Assembly (NCBI RefSeq): GCF_009914755.1
Contig: NC_060928.1
Strand: one strand, 5' to 3'
Length of the DNA stretch: 64,000 nt
Source of the DNA: the human T2T-CHM13v2.0 reference genome, Homo sapiens
The notes under the pieces are model-generated. The model was not told the DNA's origin. It was given only the letters and a program-made list of their open reading frames with translations, and made no database searches. The translations under genes and the position numbers were made by a program. Shown one piece after another: positions 58,774 through 64,000 of the stretch; position 1 is the stretch's first letter; each line of letters opens with the position of its first letter.

Positions 58774-58903
58774 TCTTTTCTGTGGTCTTTCATTGATCCA
58801 TGTATATGTGTCTATTCAATGCAAAAAAAATTAGATCTCTTCCATGGTCTTTCATTTCTCTCTCTATATATGTATCTATTCCATGCAAAAAAGAAATTAG
58901 ATC
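58774..58903. repeat. Diverged tandem duplication of about 64 bp
   Basis: tggtctttcatt...tatatgtRtctattc.atgcaaaaaa..aattagatc occurs twice. Confidence 0.85.
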
Positions 58904-60219
58904 AAGTACAAATTTATAAAGATACCTAAAATAGTGCTTTGCCTAAAAAGTAGAATATGCTTACATGCTTTTTAAACTCATATGTCAGCACTTTCGTAGT
59001 CACTTGCTAGCATGACTTTTCTCTCTTTCTTCTTTTCTTTTTAAAAAATAAGAACGGAAAAGCAAGCTAGATCTAAGATGTCGAGTAATAGTTGAGTGAA
59101 TCATTGCATGTCAAAATTAGGATATTCTGTTTTAAATTATTTATATCCCATTCATCTAGAGACTGCCTACAGAGAATATTCAAATAATTAAGTTTAAAAC
59201 TAAATGTAACAATGAATGGAAATTGCATTAAAATTATTTTCAAAAATAATTTTTTTATTCTCTTGATTTGGTACAAATGAACATTTTTAATGTTTTTGCC
59301 CTAAGTCAATTAAGTTTTTTTAAGGTGTTTTGTTCTTTTTCTTAACATTTATATATTCAATTGTCTACTGAGAAGGTGTTAAGCCAGCTTAATTTAGGCA
59401 ATATTTTTCATCTAAACACTAACAGTCATCTTAAGAACAATTTTCTTAAGAAAATAACATTTTTTCCATTTCAGTAAATTGTGTAAAGATCCCTTGAGGA
59501 AGGTTAAGTGATCACATTTTCAGTAATTCAGTGTAATAACTCTAAAGTCAGTCCAGGTATTACTGGTTAAGTATATGGTATTTATTGATTGGGTATTAGA
59601 TGTACTGTATTAATTTCCTGTTTAAAAAAAATTTTTTTTCCGGGGAGACACAGCCTCTGGTGTAAAACAAAGGTGTGTTCCCTAGCTGTACTTTAACAGG
59701 ACTGAAAAGGTCAGGAATATCATTCAAGTTCATATGTATCTTGCTGTATGCATGGTTTATGGCTCATTTTTAAACTTACACCTCTTAAGCTTCTTCTTCC
59801 TATCATATATTAAAACAATGGAGAGAAGAATAAGCCTCTGTTACTCTACCATTGATAGTACTTCGGATTCTAGAGTACCTGAATCTCTACTAAGAAGGCA
59901 AAAACCAGGAATTGAGAGTCCTGCACCTGACCCTTCAGTTGATCTCAGGCCACCTAGTTTTCTCCGTTTATCAATCTGCCAAACAAGGATGGATAGAGTC
60001 GTGGCAACTGGAAAGGCTCAAATGTGGAATTGTTTGAATGTGGTCCTTTAGTAGGCAGCCATCTTACCAGATCTAGAGTATTCAGTCATCTTACCAGATC
60101 AGTCACCAGAACATGAAAAGAAGCTCTTAGTTTCTATCTTTATACTAAAATTGTTTTTTTGTACGACTGCACAAAAAAGAATTGCTCTCCTTGCACCTCC
60201 CAGAGATATAGGTGGATAG

Positions 60220-60282
60220 ATACATACATACGTACATACATACATACATACATACATACATACATACATAGACACATACATA
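60220..60282. repeat. (TACA)n microsatellite
   Basis: atacatacatacgtacatacatacat... Confidence 0.95.
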
Positions 60283-61929
60283 GATAGAAGTCTACTTTCA
60301 ATACAAACCTGTCTTTTAAGGAAATGACAAGCTGAGCATAGGGTTGGCCACCTTTCTGAGCCGATTGCCTGGTATTAGTTTATTGCCCCTGTTTAGCAAG
60401 AAGGCACAGTGTTAAGAAGTGGCTCAGCTGAACCAGGATAACCCCACTCTTCCCCCACATCAACAGGAAAGACATCCTGGTGCAGATGTCCATCTGATAA
60501 TTCAGGGAACCTCGGGAGACAGGATGGAGAGGAGGGTGAGCTAGCTTCCTCTTCCCACACCTTCAAGAGCCTTTCTCAAGCACTTTCTATTTTTTGAAAT
60601 CTCTTTAGAGGTCCCAGACTTTGATCTGTTTCAATTAAGGTATTGGCAGGCATTAGTTAACAGCCACTTGGAAGCAAAAATAGAACATTAGATCCCTGAG
60701 TTGGAAGAGAGAAGGTAGAAGGTGTTACTTGGACTGCAATTATCTGCACTTGGAATTGAGCATTTAGTCAAAAACTTATATGTATTCTATATTCTATTCT
60801 CATTTCTGCTACAGAATTGTAAACAATATTCTTCCTTAATACAGAAATTCATAGCCCACTAAAATAAGAGCGTTCTCATTTGTTCATTTCTCAATCATTT
60901 AATAAGTATTTACTAAGCCACTATATCCATATATATATATATATCATATATACTGTATAATACACACTGTAGTGTTTTTTGTGGATTGTGTACTATGAGG
61001 TAGTATGTTAGATACTGCCAGTACTGGGGTAAGGAAAACAGCCTGATTAGGCCCTTACGAAGATTCCTCAGACTTGTGGGGAAAACAGACATTATCAAAT
61101 AGAAATACTTGCAAACCACAGTTATGTGTTAAAAAGGAAAAACAAAGTAAAAAAAAAGTTGGTGGGGGGGAACCTGATCTCCTGGATACAGTGCTTCGAG
61201 AAAGTTTGTTGTTGGAAATGCAAACCATTACTACTGTGGAAGGGAAAGGTCAGAAAAATGAACTCACCATTACTGAATAGTAATAGTAGCTATCAATTAG
61301 GTGGCACTTACCTGCATCAGGACCTGTCCTGAGCACTTTACATAGATTGTCTCACTAACCAGCCCAACAAATATGTAAGGGAGATACTATTATTTTTCCC
61401 ATTTTATTAATGTAAAACAATTAAATAATTCTTTAAAATTAGACTTAGAAAAGTGGAGCAACAATCTTAGCAGTGCTAGGACTGAAATCCAAGTTTGCTT
61501 GACTCCAAAGTCTATCTCTCTTCCAGAAACTTTTTCTTTACTATCTGCCTAGTAGGCCTGCTGTATTCCTATTTGCAACAGCCTTTTAAACTCTTTAAAA
61601 ATGTGTCCTGTAAATTTCATATATGATTATACAAAAAAACTTGGAATAAGCATACAATTCTACTTATCTGTGTTAACTGTTGAAATTTGAAGAGCTTTTT
61701 GGAATTCTATACCCTTCAGTAGTGTATGTAAAAGTTTCTAAATATAGAGAACATAGATAAGCAAAAATAATATTAAATAAAATAATCGCACCATTAGTAG
61801 GTAAATATACTAATATTTTGTTGTATTTTATTCTTGTATGTTTTCACAAAGTATATCATAAAATTTTTCCTGTGGCATGACTTAACGGAGAAAATAATCT
61901 TCCCAAAACATGTGGCAGCAAAACTGTTA

Positions 61930-62260
<331 letters not shown>

Positions 62261-62392
62261 AATTTATGTCTTCATAAAGCACTCAGATTAGGAAAAAAAG
62301 GATAAACAAAAAGGCATGTGTCATTTTTTTGATTGATAATTCCAAATTATGTTTCTTCCTTTAATTTTTGCCCTCCTTTCATTTACAAACAG

Positions 62393-62491
62393 AATATGTT
62401 TTTGGCTATCATCAATGATACTTACTCTGAAGTGAAATCTGACTTGGCACAGCAGAAAGCTGAAATGGAACTCTCAGATCTTATCAGAAAG
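62393..62491 (+). CDS. PKD2: PKD2 exon 10 (codons 674-706, S6 gate L677 and proximal C-tail)
   Basis: caaacag|AAT ATG; [33 protein letters not shown]; AAG|gtagga; 99 nt. Confidence 0.99.
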
Positions 62492-63752
62492 GTAGGAAAA
62501 ACCTTAATTCTCAGAATTCTTCTGTTTCTGACATAAAATGAGCATTGTTTCACCCAGATTTTCAAATCAACATTGATCCATTGAAATTGTTTGAAATAAA
62601 GAATACATTGCTATATTTCAGGAATAATTTAAATGTTCCCTATCTTGGAGTCTTGATGGATATACTGCTATCTTGAATTTTAATTCTGGGAATCCTTTTA
62701 TGCCCTGGAATTAAATTCTCAACAATCTTTTGACACTTTAAGAGCTGAGCTGAAGGTTCATCACCTTCATTATTTTGACATCTCCTGTAGCTGGCTCTCA
62801 CTTCAGGATCCTGAGTTGAGAATAAACTAGAAGGGAAGATTATATAAAGGGATTTCCACCTCTTCTGTCTCAATTACCATTTTAAAAAAATAAAAAGTTT
62901 TAGAGGAAAACACTTAGTAGTTCACCCTTTACCCTTGACCTTCCACGGCAGTTTTAAAATAAGCAAAGGAAAAGATTCATGAATTCAGGCCATAGCCTGG
63001 GGCCTGAGAACTTTTACTTATGCACCTTCTCAGGAAGGGTTTCATTGTTAAATAGAAGGGCAGGACAGGAAAGTTGGGCCTCTTTGTTCTTCTCAATGTA
63101 ACTTCTTTATTTGGTTTAAAGTATAAAATGTATACAACAACAAATAACCACATTTAAAATACACAGTTTGTTTCCCAACATCATTTTGCTAAGTCATAGT
63201 GGCTCCTTAACTGTAATTTTTTTTTTTATTAGTCCAAGCCTTAGGATTATGTTATCTGTGATATATGTTATAATAGAAAACTTAAGCCTCTTAAAACAAA
63301 GTCCTTGGGATGGGACCTAAGATTCACATTATCTTGATTCCGCATAACAGTTGCTTACATTTTAGCAAATCTCCAGTGTGTATGCAAGCACTCCTCACTT
63401 GGCACAATTCTGATACACACAAACTTTGGTTACCCCAGTTTTGTTATGTAACACCACCTTCAACAACACAGTTCAAATTTCAGTTATCATAGTATATTAA
63501 CTCTGAGTAACAGCACAAAGTACAAACTCCACTGCTAGCTCTTCAGTGTATAGATCAGTTACCTGAGTAACAGATGTGCAGGCTGAGCAGGCTCACTGGT
63601 CAGTCATGACACTATTTTCAGTCTGTTACTAATTGGTCACTGAGCATCTGCTATCCAATTCACAAACAAAGAAAGCATGTAGTGTTGCTTCCTTGTGTTC
63701 CAGTAATAAGCCCATGTGACATTTTACAAAAATGGATAATTGAAAAAGAGAA

Positions 63753-64000
<248 letters not shown>

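Overview
Primate (almost certainly human) genomic DNA containing the promoter, CpG island and coding exons 1-10 of PKD2 (polycystin-2/TRPP2) on the + strand. Read by hand, the ten exons splice through canonical GT-AG introns into one open frame of 706 codons; the rest of the gene lies beyond the window. This haplotype encodes Pro28 rather than the reference Arg28. A 20-codon uORF with strong Kozak context ends 5 nt before the PKD2 ATG. The remainder is ordinary repeat-rich mammalian DNA: about 30 Alus, old L1/L2/MIR/CR1 fragments, MaLR/ERVL LTRs including a complete sense-oriented THE1 element, and hAT/Tigger DNA transposons. There is also a retroposed U1 snRNA pseudogene about 7.4 kb upstream. 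I found no evidence of a new multi-gene biological system. The most interesting unexplained structures are small: an 84-bp spacerless palindrome inside an L1 in intron 1, a 22-nt poly(A)-tailed mini-retroinsertion of unknown origin with a perfect 12-bp TSD, an L1 fragment that probably supplies the exon 8 branch point, and several junctions that look like snap-back or template-switch repair. Repeat subfamily names and most repeat boundaries come from recall of consensus sequences and are approximate; exon coordinates were counted base by base.
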